64,000 bases of DNA, taken from Octopus vulgaris (lineage: Eukaryota). The notes beneath the pieces are model-generated. The model ran no database searches and had not been told where the DNA came from. It saw nothing but the letters and a program-made list of their open reading frames with translations. Shown here piece after piece: positions 41,205 through 59,054 of the stretch. Location: NCBI GenBank assembly GCA_951406725.2, contig OX597825.1, positions 25,420,001-25,484,000 on the forward strand, read 5' to 3'. Position 1 is the first letter of the stretch. Every line of letters starts with the position of its first letter. The position numbers and the translations under genes are program-made.

Positions 41205-42000
41205 CTCGGTGGGGGTAGCAGAATCGTTAGCATCCTGGGTAAAGTGCGAGGCGACATTTCGTCCGTCTTTACGTTTTGAGTTCAAATGTCGTCTAGGTCG
41301 ATTTTACTTTCCATCCTTTGGAGTCGATAAAATAAGAACCAAATGACACACACTGGAGTCGATGTAATCGACTTACTCCTCCTCCGATGTTGCTGGCCTC
41401 GTGACAAAATTTGAATTCAGTATTGATGTCGATGTCTCAGCTACAACTTTCATTGCCCTGTCTATTTCTGGAACCCCACCACCAAAAGCATGACAGACAA
41501 AAATCAGACGAAAAAGATCAACTCAACAAAAACAAAACAAAAAACAATAAAACAAAAGCTAAAACCATAATTCTAATTTTGGCACAAGGCCAGCAATTTT
41601 TGAGGAGAGTGGCAAGTTGATTATAGAGACACCGTACTCAACTGGTGATTTTTTTTATCGACCCCGAAAGAATGAAAGGCTAATTTGAGCTCGGCAGAAT
41701 TTGATCTCAGAACCCAAAGCCGGGAGAAATGTCACTTAGTATTTTGACTGGGTGCTAACGATTCGGTCAGCTTGTCGCCTAGAAACACTGTAACAATAGT
41801 AACAATGCTTTCAAATTTTGACACAGGGCCAGCAATTTTTATATTTTCATCGACCCCAATACTTTATTTATTTTATGGATCTCGAAAGATGGAAGGCAGA
41901 GTTGAATTCGGAGGAATTTGAGCCCAGAACATAAAGACGGACGAAATGCCGCTGAACATTTTCTCCGGCTTTGTTAATGGTTCAGCCAGTTCACCGTCTT
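41205..42000. mobile_element. cluster of diverged family C SINEs (one plus strand, two minus strand)
   Basis: Family motifs at about 41210-41415 (+), 41575-41780 (-) and 41810-42000 (-). Confidence 0.7.
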
Positions 42001-42104
42001 AACACTAGTAATAATAAAAAGAAAGGCTAGTAGCCCCAGCAGCAGCAGCAACAACAACTACACTAACAACAATAACAACAGCCGCAGCAACAGCAGCAAC
42101 ATTA

Positions 42105-42290
42105 GGAGGCGCAATGGCCCAATGGATAGGGCAGCGGTCTCGCGGTCGTAAGAACGCGGTTTCGATTCCCGCTCCGGGCACTGTAAGTGTGTATTGAGTA
42201 AAAACACCTAACCTCCACGACGCTTCGGCAGCGGATGGGTGAACCCCGCTGTACCCTTTCACCAGAACTTTCTCTCACTCTTCCTTCCTA
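42105..42290 (+). mobile_element. SINE family A
   Basis: GGAGGCGCAATGGCCAATGG head and B-box. Confidence 0.82.
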
Positions 42291-43131
42291 CTTCTGCCAC
42301 AAAGCAGAGGAACCATGGTGTAACCCACTATGGTGTGGCAAACTTTCAGACCCTAGTCTAGATTGCGAATCCTCAGTACCCCAGGATGGTTCAGCTCTCC
42401 ACCCGTGAAAAGACACTGTTCACGGAATGAGGATAACAACGTAGCTTTCGCGCCCGTGCAACCGCCAGTCTATCGCGTGTGGTGGGTGGATCTTCAAGTT
42501 GCCGCACGCATTTTTAGTAGCTTAGAGTAGGCTCGAATTAGAGATTATTCTTTGTGGCTAATGGCGTTTAGTCCTGATTGGAAGAAGAAGAGGAAAAAGA
42601 AGAAGAAGAAGAAGACAACAGCTACACAAATAATAAAAACAACTGCAGCAGCAGCAACAACAACAATAGCAACAACAATAACAACAACAACAACAACAAC
42701 GTGATAGTAATTATATGAAACGTTGGTTGTATGTAGAAATAGCAACAGAAATATTCGTGCAAGCAACAATAGCAGTATTAGCAACAGTGATAGCAGTAAT
42801 ATACACAGCAGCGTGACTAACAACAGTAGCGCCAGGTGTACAACGACAGGGGCTGTATTTACGTTGTCACGTGTGCAACTAGAAATAGCAGCCAAATTTC
42901 CCGCAAACCACATCTTACTATGTTAAAATGAAGGATACATGAGTTAATATAGAGTGGCGTATATTATTGACGAGAAAAAATAAAATAAATGCAGCGAGTT
43001 TACAGAATCGTTAGAGCATCGGAGAGAATGCGTTGCAATATTTACTTCAACTTTTTACGTTCTAAATTCAAATCCTGCCAGAATCAACTTAGCTTTTCAC
43101 ATTTCCGGTGTTGATAAAATAGCTATCAAGC

Positions 43132-43542
43132 ATTAAGACCTATAGTGAGCTGTAGAGGTTCAGCATGTTATCCACTGAGTCGCTTCCTTGTGGATATAAT
43201 CAGTCCATTTGCAGGAAAGTCAACATCGTACGTGAAGAATTCCACACACTTCACAGAATTGATCAAGGATACCCCCATTGAATCCAAACAGATGATGAGT
43301 CTAGATGTGATAAGTCTGTTCACCAAAGTCCCAACTGGTGAAGCACTATCGGTGATTCAAGAAAAACTAGTGACAGACACCCATCTAAAAGAACGCACTA
43401 GTATACCAATAAAAAACTTGATGGAAATGTTGACCTTCTGTTTAGAAACTACCTACTTCAGTATGGACACTGATGTATATATCGACATGAAGATGGTTTA
43501 GCAATGGGTTCGCCATTATCACCGATAATAGCCAATATTCTT
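43132..43542 (+). mobile_element. Penelope-like reverse transcriptase fragment
   Basis: LRPIVSCRGSACYPLSRFL...SYVKNS...SLDVISLFTKVP, then frameshifted GLAMGSPLSPIIANI. Confidence 0.9.
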
Positions 43543-43707
43543 CAATAGAGACAGATAAACTATCAGGCAAGTACGAGGGTCGATTATATGGACCTTCCCG
43601 CTCCCCTCAACATTGCTGGTTTAGTCCCAAAATTAGAAAGAATTATGGTTACGGAAAAAAATCAAACAGAAAGCAAAAACAAACAAAAAACAAAATAACA
43701 AAAAGCA

Positions 43708-44300
<593 letters not shown>

Positions 44301-44428
44301 TTCAGTTTGAAATAAATACAAAGCGTGATATTTTTAAGTGTCGACAATTTTTTTAAAGCTTAAACATATATATCTATGTGAATATATTGATCGTGTAAAT
44401 ATGCACTTATACGCACGTGCTCTCTCTT

Positions 44429-44483
<55 letters not shown>

Positions 44484-44584
44484 AGTTTTCATTTTATCTC
44501 TACAGATTTTCTACAAAATTTAGAGCCACCATTGAAAGTTGCGACGTTTCGTATACCAACATGTCCTTATAAACAATGTTTGTT

Positions 44585-44898
44585 TGTTCCTTCTCGAGCC
44601 ATGCCTGGCTCATAAGGGTCGGTTTCCCCGGTTTCCTTGGCGTATAGGTTCCCCCCCCCCGCCCCTGGACGGGACGACGGGACACCGGTCTGTCGCAGGT
44701 GAGCTGCTAGATGCTGGAGGAAAGAGTGAGAGAAAGTTGTGGCGAAAGAGTCAGCAGAAGTTCGCCATTACCTTCTGCCGGAGCCACGTGGACCTTAGGT
44801 GTTTCGCTCATAAACACAAACATCGCCCGGTCTGAGATTCGAACGCGCGATCCCTCGATCGCGAGTCCGATGCTCTAACCACTAGGCCATGTGCCCCC
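44585..44898 (-). mobile_element. SINE family A variant
   Basis: tRNA-like head at 44830-44898; tail related to 8980-9085. Confidence 0.75.
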
Positions 44899-45314
44899 AA
44901 CAATACGATCAATGACAGAAAAATACGAAATGGATGTATATACATATTTCAAGAGTTATTGCTCTTTCAACAGTACTACACCCAATCCATCAACAATCCA
45001 CAATTTATTGCTACAATACTCGCCGCTTAAGATCTAGCGGCGTAACACTATTGGATATGCCATTTTACATATCAAACACATTCCTGGCAACTGGTACGTA
45101 CGTATTAATTGCTGGTAGGGACACACACCGTATTTCAGTTTTATTATCATTATTATACTCCGCCAGTTACACGTTAACGTAATGAATCGGAGGCTCAGTC
45201 GATCGAACATCTGAATGCTCATCGTCGAAGCCATCGGAGGATCCATCGCGCGTGTACACAAACATACACACAAGCGATTATGCGCGCACGCACACACGCA
45301 TGTATGTATGTATG

Positions 45315-45369
<55 letters not shown>

Positions 45370-45475
45370 GTATGTCTGTCCTTAGATACATATGCTGCCT
45401 GTACAAAATACAAATGTATATATGTATATATATATATGTATATATGATTAAATAAATGTATGTCTGTATGTATGC

Positions 45476-45537
<62 letters not shown>

Positions 45538-45773
45538 GTATGTACATATATATATGTATGTATGTCTTTCCTTACATACATCTACTGCCTGTGCAAAATA
45601 TAAATGTATATATGTATATATGATTAAATAAATGTAAGTCTGCATGTCTGCATATATATATATATTTATATATATATATGCGTATATACATATATATCTA
45701 TATATTTTGTGTGTGCAAGTACATAAGTAATGCATATATGTAACACGCAAAATACGAATAAATAACTAAACAG

Positions 45774-45814
<41 letters not shown>

Positions 45815-47237
45815 CTCACTCGCACACATAGTTGCATTAAGTCTGGTGCATCATACAATTAGTCAGAGTTTGAAACTGTCGGTACTTATATGTTTAATAC
45901 AAAGTTCTCTATATTGTGGACGACTTGAAAACATTTCGTTCGTAAACAATAGAGCTAATTATGTATGCTTGCAGGTATATATTTAAATATACTGGGAAAG
46001 AGCATGATCTACAATAGTAGATATTAATCAAGACATCTAGTAAACTCTTCCGACATTGCTCGCAATGCTGCGCTTCCATAGTTTTCTTCAGGGGAGATTG
46101 AGTAACGATGATTTTAGAGCCTGCTGTGTCTCTATATATGGATACCAATCGGATCAACGCAAGAGTCTCTGGGTAAAGTGAAAACAAGATCCATTTTTAT
46201 CAAAAACATACGCTTAATCGACAAATATATATAAACAAAACGGGTCCCTTTGGTGATTAACATTTTTTAAGTGCATGACTTGCGGGAAATAGAGGCAAAG
46301 CAATGATAAGATTTTGAGTGCATACCTACTCTCGTTTTTGAGAAGGTATACTTTACCGAGCATTAACATTTATATATCGACTGGTTAACATTGACGGAAA
46401 ATTAGAATATTTATCAATTCCAACCAAAGAAGTTTGAACACTCTAAAATTTTAACCACTAAAAATTACGTGTACGAGAGAATTTCGTAAGCACACCTTCC
46501 GTTTCTATATTTTTAGATTAAGCAGGTATTTTGTTCTTTCGGTTTATGGTAAAACGACTGTTTGTTTCGGTTCATCCTAAATGTTTTTTGCAAACCCTGC
46601 TGCTATTTATATACAGAGATAGCGTACATGAAAATACAATTACTCTTATTCTCCTGATGAGCTATGAAAGCGAGCGAAACCTTGCACAAGCTGCACAAAC
46701 ATTTTATTAGATATTTAGTTTAACGACATGTAATATAATGCCATTTTTTAATATATTTAAATGTATACCTACATGCATATAAATATATACACATAAATGT
46801 ATGTATGTATATGCAGAGTTCAATTCTCCGTGGCGCCTTCTATCAATTTTTTTCTCCATCTATAGGGGTATTTTTACCACATTCTTTGAAGCTGTTTTCA
46901 CAGATATTCTCCTGCGTTCAAATTTTCTTAAATTTTAAAAACATGTTACTCACTCGACGCTTCAATGTTTTTTTTTATAAAAATGTCCTCGCATTTCATA
47001 AAGTTATTAATTTAGCGTTACAAAATACGGCATCAGTTGTCACAGGGGTCATTTAGCTCAACGGTATTGAGCACTGAGCCGTAATTTAAGAGGTACAGAG
47101 TTTGATACACTAGAGCTGCTGCTAGCTACCCCTTTCTGTCTATAGAGACATTTTTACCCGATTTTCTAAAGCTACTTTCATAGCTGTTCTGCGTTCGAGA
47201 TTTTCTCAATATATATAAGAAAGAAGAAAAAACAAAG

Positions 47238-47281
47238 GACCACTGATGCGGTCACAGGAGTGTGACGAAAGAACTCTGGCC
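47238..47281 (+). ncRNA. minimal hammerhead (C3-G8, A9C) in PLE-type insert at about 47200-47458
   Basis: GACCA-CUGAUGC-G-GUCAC-AGGAGU-GUGAC-GAAA-GAAC-UC-UGGCC; 34-nt terminal motif at 47406-47439. Confidence 0.6.
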
Positions 47282-47747
47282 GAAATAAGATTAAGATTAA
47301 TGTAAAAAATAAATAACACTGAAGCAAAATAACACCAAATATATAGTGCGTGTGTTTTTATTGGCTAAACTGGCAAAATGACCATTCCGAAATATAACAA
47401 TATCTGTTTCAACACACGACTTCACATAAAAAATCTTGCACAACAAATATTTAAACGTATATATATATATATATATACACAATACATGCCGGCGTACTAA
47501 GAAACCATGAAAGGAGGTCTAGATTTCTAGTGATAACATATTCTTCTTAAAACTGTCGCACTCTAAGAATGGAGCCATTGTTGTAGACAGTCAGGCGATT
47601 CGTGCAGAAGATTTCAACATATACCTTGTGGATTTTGGAACCTCTCGAAGAAGATCCTGTCTAGAAATCGACGAACAACAGCAAGAGAATGTACGCATTA
47701 GCTTAACTATTCCATCATTAACGTGGATAATGATGATGATGATGATG

Positions 47748-47826
<79 letters not shown>

Positions 47827-48611
47827 TAATCCTAGGATGGAATTTATTAACATTTAATGCATCGCTATGCGCGTTGCCACAAATAGCTGCATATTCAAAA
47901 CGTTACCATAAACAAATATATATATATAAAGACACACACACACATATATGGAAAAATATTATACATGTATATTATGAATATATATATGTGTGTGTGTGTG
48001 TATGTGTTGTATACACAAATATGTATGTGCGCATGCGTGTATACGATTCAAATTCTGTTGTTAAAGAGAGAAATTTGCGTCGCTAGTGAAACGAAGATAC
48101 ACAAACACGTACACACACATACACACACACATACACACACACATACACACACACACACATACACACACACACAAGTATAGGGATATACATAGTTATACAA
48201 ATGCACACCCAGTAACACACGTAATCATGTATCAAAGTCCACAGCGTATCATCCATTACAAATTTGACCTTGTCTTTACCTCTTGTTTCTAAAGAGGGTC
48301 AGCAGAATTCAAACAGCGCTCCTATTTGAACTCAGAATGTAAATGGACGTAACTTGGTATCTTAAGGCGATTTGTTCGGCAATCTGCTGTTTCTGCTGCT
48401 CCACTGCTTTCTGTAAATTGAATATTGATTTAATACAGTCTGAAGAGAATTTGGTAGATGCTTACCTACATATATACGTATATACACAGATATATGGATA
48501 CATATATATATACATACATAATACTATACATGCATGCATATGTACACACATATGTACCCAGACGTAGACATACACATGTCATATATTCGTGTATGTTAGT
48601 GTATCTCTGTC

Positions 48612-48648
<37 letters not shown>

Positions 48649-48667
48649 ATATATATATATGCACACA

Positions 48668-48745
<78 letters not shown>

Positions 48746-48931
48746 TATACGTAATATGCGTAGACATACGTGTATATATTTGTATATATATGTATCAACA
48801 TACATGTATATTTACATGCACATGTTCACACATGCGCATATATGAGTATGTATGCATGTATATATGTATGTATATGCATGTATTTATATATATTTATATA
48901 TGTATCTATATGAATATATATACACACACGC

Positions 48932-48969
<38 letters not shown>

Positions 48970-49344
48970 AATATATCCCGAGGAATCATTTCGTTTCAGC
49001 TCCGTAAGTACTTTGGACTCGGACCAAGGAAATTACAACTTTCTGGTATGAATCCTAGTCGAAAGGAAAATATTTCTGGCAAACACTAACCCAGCAAGAA
49101 ATAGAATTATCATCGCATCTATATTTTGATAAAAATTCAATTAGACAGTGCAAAACTCGAATTATAAAATGCTTAAAAATAATGCCTTTTAAATACGATG
49201 CGATATACGTAAGATATCACATTATATCTTATTAGGATGGCGAGAGGAAAGTGATAGTGAGAGAGAGGAAAAGAGAGAGAGAAGGAGGGAAAAGGAAATT
49301 TTCACGTATAGCACTGTATAGTGCTTTCATTTACTCTTTTCTTT

Positions 49345-49722
49345 TAACTCTTTTACTTGTTTCAGTCATTTGACTGCGGCCATGCTGGCTGGAGCACCGC
49401 CTTCGGTCGAGCAAATCGACCCCAGAACTTATTCTTTGGAAGCCTAGTACTTATTCTATCGGTGTCTTTTGCCGAACCGCTAAGTTACGAGGACGTAAAC
49501 ACACCAGCATCGGTTGTCAAGCGATTTTGGGGGGACAAGCACAAACACACAAACATTACACACACATACATATATATATACATATATACGACGGGCTTCT
49601 TTCAGTTTCCGTCGACCAAATCCACTCACAAGGCTTTGGTCTGCCGGAAGCTAAAGTAGAAGACACTTGCCCAAGGTGCCACGCAGTGGGAATAAATCCG
49701 GAACCATGTGGCTGGTAAGCAA
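49345..49722 (-). mobile_element. SINE family B
   Basis: Reverse-complement copy. Confidence 0.87.
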
Positions 49723-49725
49723 GAG

Positions 49726-50097
49726 GGCGGCGAGCTGGCAGAAACGTTAGCACGCCGGGCGAAATGCTTAGCTGGGGTCTTAATCGACTTAATCCGTTTG
49801 TCTGTCCATGTTTGTCCGCTCTTGTTTAGCCCTTGTGGGTAGTGAAGAAATAGGTATTTCGTTCTCCGAGTTCAAATTCCGCCGAGGTCGACTTTGCCTT
49901 TCATCCGTTCGGGGTCGATTAAATTAAGTGTCAGTTACTGTGAGTCGATATAATAAACTTAATCTGTTTGTCTGTCCTTGTTTGTCTCTGTGTTTAGCCC
50001 TTGTGGGCAGTAAAGAAATAGGTATTTCGTCTGTCTTTACTTTCCGAGTTCAAATACCGCCGGGATCGACTTTGCCTTTCGGGGTCGATAAATTAAA
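49726..50097 (+). mobile_element. tandem family C SINE array
   Basis: Three partial units joined at AAGAAATAGGTATTTCGT. Confidence 0.82.
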
Positions 50098-50445
50098 TGT
50101 GTTTATTTACGTTGTTTTAGGCCCTGAGTTGAAAACATTCCAAGGTTAATATTACATTTTATCCGGGATCATAAAATAAAGTATCTCTTCTTTGAGGTAC
50201 AGAAACCGATACAAACTCCCTCTGCTACTATGTCCTACATATTTCTTTAGTTCTTGTTTTAGCCTCAGAATCTATATTCTGCCAGTCACAAAATGTGTTA
50301 CGCCTTCAGCAGCTATAATCATAGAACGAAGTGGAAAACATGATCAAGAAAATCATTGTTATGAAAATTAATAAACGTATTCATTCAAAGACAAATATAG
50401 ACATTTATAAAGTATGGATATCCGCGACTCCTGTTATATCGTTAT

Positions 50446-50837
50446 GGATGGATGGAAGCACTCCGTCGGTTACGACGACGAGGGTTCCGGTTGATCCGAA
50501 TCAACGGAACAGCCTGCTCGTGAAGTTAACGTGTAAGTGGCTGAGCACTCCACAGACACGTGCACCCTTAACGTAGTTCTCGGGGATATTTAGCGTGACA
50601 CAGAGAGTGACAAGGCCGGCCCTTTGAAATACAGGTACAACAGAAACAGGAAGTAAGAGTGAGAGAAAGTTGTGGTGAAAGAGTACAGCAGGGATCACCA
50701 CCATCCCCTGCCGGAGCCTCGTGGAGCTTTAGGTGTATTCGCTCAATAAACACTCACAACGCCTGGTCTGGGAAACGAAACCGCGATCCTATGACCGCGA
50801 GTCCGCTGCCCTAACCACTGGGTCATTGCGCCTCCAC
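50446..50837 (-). mobile_element. full-length SINE family A with 11-bp TSD
   Basis: TSD TATATCGTTAT at 50435-50445 and 50838-50848. Confidence 0.9.
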
Positions 50838-51603
50838 TATATCGTTATATACCTACCACAGACACAAAAGTAGGCGATACGTTGCTGAACAGAACGTCGT
50901 TTAATCTCTAGTTGCCTCCGTTCACAATTTGAGTTCAATCTTCACCAATAATCTTAGAGCCTTTCTTTCCTTCCATATGATTCAAATTGAAATAAATACA
51001 AGTAGTCATATTTTCGACTCTTTGTTTCATGATGTATAAATAATTACCTTTGCCTCATGAATCTGCGTGCTTTTCTTATTCCCAGCTGCTTACTTATCTT
51101 CATTATATTTCTATTCGATTTCCCAATATATTTCAAATCACTCCTGTCTATATACAACAGTATTTTTCTCCTTGTGTTCTTTAATTAAATTATTAGATTT
51201 ACCTTTATTTTTCTATTAGCTGCTTTCTTGCGGTTCTGTTGCAGCTATTTTATAATAACTATGAATTCGCACGACTATTCTCCTTCTCTAGCGCTCTCCT
51301 TACGCTGTCTGCAGCAAATTTAATGATAGAGTATTAGAAATTCTTTCTTAAGTTTCTTTGTTTTCCTGTCTAAGTTTCTAAATTTAATTTCCAATTTATT
51401 GCATCAAAACTAGCTAATTACTAGAATATATTGTGTGTTTATACCAATTACTATTTTTTCCGCATTTCCTTCCTCTAACCATGATCATTTTCATTTATAT
51501 ATATATATGTAACGTCTTCCTATATTTGTAAATATTATAAAAACAACACATAAGTTCTTATTCCAAATCTTTGATTTCTATATCATTATCTATCTTGATT
51601 CTA

Positions 51604-51818
51604 AGGTGGCGAGCTGACAGAATCGTTAGCCCGTCGGACGAAATACTTAGCGGCATTTCGTCCGTCCTTATGTTCTGAGTTCAAATTCTGTCGAGGTCGA
51701 GTTTGTCTTTTATCCTTTCGTTGGTCGATAAAATAAGTATCAGCTACGTACTGGGGTGGATGTAATCGATTAACCTTCTCCCCCACAATTTCAGGCCTTG
51801 TGCCTATAGTAGAAACGA
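51604..51818 (+). mobile_element. SINE family C with TSD
   Basis: Flanked by ATTATCTATCTYGATTCTA. Confidence 0.85.
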
Positions 51819-52341
51819 TTATCTATCTCGATTCTATCATAATTGAGTATGGTAAATGGTGGGAAGCGAAGCAGAGCCAAACAGTGTAACATTCAGTATT
51901 CATTTTTAGTTGCTTCCTTTATGTTCTGACCCGAATGAAAATGTCATCTACACCATGGGACATTAAAATAAATGCTAATTATGAATCCACACCAGAAATT
52001 TGTGGTTTTAACCAAATCATCATTATTACTAGTGGGACCTGCGGAAATTCTGTTCACAAATTTATAGATCTCATAACAATGACGACCAGTCAGCAGAACC
52101 ATTAGAGCGGCGGACAAAAAATATTTTGCGGTAAATGAGTTGGGTTCTTATTAATTTACCTTGATGGGGTTTGAACTCCGAGGTAAAATTCACCCTCATC
52201 TTCTCGAAGGTAAGAAAATATAGTATCAATCAAGTACTGGGATCGATTTAATCGATAAAACCCTTTCTTCCAAATTTCAGGCATTGTACCTGTATTAGAA
52301 ACAAAGACTTTCATAATGTTTTAGATTTCGTTTCACAGTTA

Positions 52342-52565
52342 AGCTGGCAGAAACGTTAGCACGCTGGGCGAAATACTTAGTGGTATTTCGTCTGCCGTTA
52401 CGGTCTGAGTTCAAATTCCGCCGAGGTCGACTTTGCCTTTCATCCTTTCTGGGTCGATAAAATAAGTACCAGTTACGCACTGGGGTCGATGTAATCGACT
52501 TAATCCGTTTGTCTGTCCTTGTTTGTCCCCTCTATGTTTAGCCACTTGTGGGAAATAGAGAAATA
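52342..52565 (+). mobile_element. SINE family C
   Basis: Near-consensus copy. Confidence 0.85.
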
Positions 52566-52789
52566 TGAATTACACTGGACAACAAAGATTTTGCTACTGG
52601 GGTCGGTATTTGTGATATTTGTATATTTGTGTGCTGAGGAAGTTCATCATAGAGGAATGTTTCTTCTATGTGTGCAGTTCGTGTATTGTATATATTCAAT
52701 TTTCAAGTTCAGGAAAAGAAACTATCTTGGTGGGGTTAGCGGCGCGGATGGCGTTTCCTTTTTGCAGTGTCTAAGTGTAAAAAACTATT

Positions 52790-53200
52790 TGTGTATGCGG
52801 GGAGAGAAGGTTTCATCCCTAATATTTTGAATGTTATCTGTTGATTGTATGGTATTTAGATTTTCAGTGATACAGAGCTCACATTTGATACCCCGTTCTC
52901 TGTATTTTCTGGCTTTAGCAATGATGTTCTGTTTTATCTGTGGGTTACTTATTCTCCCTTCTTTCAATGTCCATATCATATTAGATAGGGATGTTTATTT
53001 TTGTCCCCAAATGATGCCAGGTATTGTGAGCATCTTTTCTTCAATGAATTGCCCGTCATTCCGATATATGTCATTGTTACTCTGTTGGGGTCCATGATTT
53101 TGGCCTTGTATATAAGTTCTTTTTCCAGACAGTTGTTATGTGGAAGACAGCGATTTGGAAATCTACAGTTACATTGTCTTCTTGGATATTTCTAGTACGT
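52790..53200 (-). mobile_element. decayed PLE GIY-YIG C-terminal fragment
   Basis: CNCRFPNRCLPHNNCLEK..IYKAKI and IWTLKEG...IKQNIIAKARKY..KCELCITE. Confidence 0.6.
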
Positions 53201-54049
53201 TTATCATAGCTATTTCCATTGAACAGACATCTACACTGAATAAGTAAATTCTGATAATACTAATTAGCATTATTATTATTATTAGCTCTTCAGGCATAGA
53301 AGTGCCAAGAGCCGAATTTGCCCGAGATGCTTGCTGGGGAAAGAAACCGTCCCGCAAGAAATAATTCAGTGTCCATGCATTAGAGAGACGTGATATTGTG
53401 TGGAGCAGCCGTTGTAGCGTGTAAGACGAATTTAGCTGTCTGCCGAGTGTATAGTGAAAATCGACGCACCACTTTAACCTTAACAGGAAGGTAAATCTTT
53501 CCTTGCTTAGTGACTATGGAAAAAGAGGCTGTGTGGCGGACTCATCTGAAAGGTTTGAAGACAGGCACTCTCCTATCTGGTCAAGTCTACATAAATTTCT
53601 TCAAATATCAGTTGAAGAGGACGGTGAGGATAGAGAGGGTGGTGCTGCCTCCTAGTGTGTTATCAAAAGGTGGTCGACAGTAGTAAGACTAGTAAGACTG
53701 GATCGACTCTGAGTATGCTTTTCTAAGTAGAAGGAAAGAAACTAGAAGAGGGCACTTTCCCATGCCTTGGGGATGGTAGAGTAATCCAAGATTTTTGCAA
53801 GGGGTTTACCCCGGATTACCTTAAGTGGACTGCTTAACTATTGGTGATTCTATTTGTTTTTATTTATTTGTTATCGATTTTTCTAATTTTTATTATACAC
53901 CCTCTGTTATATACTTTAATGTAGTAGTATCTCCCCTTGATTGACGTTTAAGCCCACCTGTTTTTGTAATATTTTTGTTTTGTTTGAGTGCTGTAACGCG
54001 TTCTGCAATATTGTCCTCCATGTCTTGGGCCCTTGTGGCCAATAAATGA

Positions 54050-54362
54050 AATCATCATCCTTCTTCTTCTTCTTCTTCTTCTTCTTCTTCTTCTTCTTCT
54101 TCTTCTTCTTCTTCTTCTTCTTCTTCTTCGTCGTCGTCGTCGTCGTCTTCTTCTTCTTCTTCTTCTTCTTCTTCTTCTTCTTCTTCGTCGTCGTCGTCGT
54201 CTTCTTCTTCTTCTTCTTCTTCTTCTTCTTCTTCTTGTTCGTCTTCGTCGTTGTTGTTCTTGTTGTTCTTCTTCTTCTTCTTCTTCTTCTTCTTCTTCTT
54301 CTTCTTCTTCTTCTTCTTCTTCTTCTTCTTCTTCTTCTTCTTCTTCTTCTTCTTCTTCTTCT
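54050..54362. repeat. (TTC)n/(GTC)n array
   Basis: Directly visible. Confidence 0.95.
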
Positions 54363-54492
54363 GCTAATTGCAAATTGTGCCGAGATCATCATTTCGGGGT
54401 AGATAAACTGAGTACTAGTCGAGCACTGGGGTCGTTGTAGTCGACTTACCCGCTCCCCCGAAATATCAGGCTTTGTGCCTTTAGTAGAAAGG

Positions 54493-55263
<771 letters not shown>

Positions 55264-55854
55264 TTGTTTGCTATTGAATGCTGCTTTATATCGTGGAGAG
55301 GAGAACAGGATGTTTTCTTCTTATAATAGCTGCGGGAATCTTAAAGACCGTGTTTCATCTAATTATTATTTTACTTCTATCCTGCCAGCTTGACCTTTTA
55401 TCACCAGAGTTTATTTTGGTAAAAACGTCTTTTATCTTCAGCTGACACTTGAGTAAGCTTGTGGCATCTTTGAACCCTATTGAACACATTCTTCACCATA
55501 GATTCAATCGAATCAGCCACACTATGTATCGAAACTTCGCAGGATTGTATTTGCGAATCGATGTGTATAAAACTGTGTGCGCGGATTTTGTTTGTAGATA
55601 TACATATATAGATATTTGAAAACATGCATGCATACAAACTCACACACACACAGATACACACGCGCGCGCGCGCACACACAGAAACGCATATACGTATACA
55701 TATACCTCTCTCACTCTCTTTCTCTCTCTCCCTTTCTCTCTCTCTCTCTATATATATGTTTAATATGCATATATGTATGTTCGTATATAAAGTTATATAT
55801 ACACGCACACCCACCCATACACAAACATACACATAATACGTACACACACACACT

Positions 55855-55939
<85 letters not shown>

Positions 55940-55948
55940 CACACACAC

Positions 55949-56006
<58 letters not shown>

Positions 56007-56898
56007 GTATATCTATATATAACTTTATACACAAATAGATGTAAACATTCATTTATATATATATATATATATATATATCTGACTGTATATGTGTGTGTGT
56101 GTCTGCGTATATGCTGTGTGTGCATGCATGTGCTTGTTTGCGCGTGTGTGTATGTATCAGTGTGAGTGTGTGTCCGTGTGCGTATGTCTGTGTGTTTATG
56201 TGTGCATTCGTGATTTAGTGATTCTGTGTATGTGTGTGTATATGCGTGTGTGTGTGTGAGTAAGCGCCAATTCCGGTCTTTGGAGATTCATTTCTCTGCT
56301 TCATTACACTCAACCGAGCACACATATAAACACACAGCTAAGCATACACACACATACACTCAGAAAACACACACACACACACACAAACACGCACACACAC
56401 ACATACACACACACGTACAGTGAAGCATTCACATACACATTTACACAGACTTATATAAACAGCCAAAATAGAAAAACCCCTATGTGCATACATACATTGG
56501 CACACACACGCACACACACACATAAACATATATGCGTACATATATACATACATGCATACATGCAAACATAAATACATACGCCTGCGCACAAACACGCACT
56601 CATTCACATATATGTATGTATATGCATACATACGTTTATACTGAAGAACATCGACTTATATTTACACAAATTCAAACAGCTAAACTACTAAAATTTATAT
56701 GCTTATATGCACACATAATTATATTTACATACATTTATGTTCAACAAGATAGAAGCATTGAGATTCATATAACGAACGGAAATAGAACAAATCTATTCAT
56801 ATATACATACATACATACTTATATACACATGTACATACTGAATAACATCCACAGGAAAACACCTTCACACAATCGCACATATATTCCATATATATTCA

Positions 56899-56936
<38 letters not shown>

Positions 56937-57201
56937 AGTATACATAGATCCATTTGTATAAGTTGCATACACACCCTTATACATTAATACGTACAAGAAT
57001 ATAAAACATGCTTTGATAGATATAATTATAACATACAATCATATACATACACCCCATGAGAAAGTGGAACATATATACATAGATTACGTGCACGCACACA
57101 CACACATCCATCCATCTATCCATCCATCCATCAACCTATCTATCCATCCATCAATTCATCAAACTATCTATCCATCCATCCATCCATCCATCCATCGATC
57201 C

Positions 57202-57303
<102 letters not shown>

Positions 57304-57583
57304 GCATGCACACGCACACATAACATACATCATACATGTACATACACACACATATATACATACATACATACAGACATATATAAATACATACATACATGCA
57401 TACATACATACATACATACATACATACATACATACATACATACATACATACACACAAACCACCCATGCCCTGATACTTATGAGTTCGCGTCTGATTACAT
57501 GGCCACCCAACCGTATCTGATCCTGATTTTTCACAAAACAACATTGCTAGTTTGAAGAATGCAACACTCGCGTACATATATAT

Positions 57584-57615
<32 letters not shown>

Positions 57616-57646
57616 ATAAATGTATATATTTAAATATACCTATCTG

Positions 57647-57715
<69 letters not shown>

Positions 57716-57734
57716 ATATATATATATAATAATA

Positions 57735-59054
<1,320 letters not shown>

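Noticed and set aside
42365-42436. HDV-like ribozyme
   Set aside because: Could not assign P1, P3/L3 or the catalytic C in J4/2
46654-46697. CTGATGA-GCT...AGC-GAAA hammerhead core
   Set aside because: No stem I partner, mismatched stem III and G at the cleavage position; at best a dead remnant
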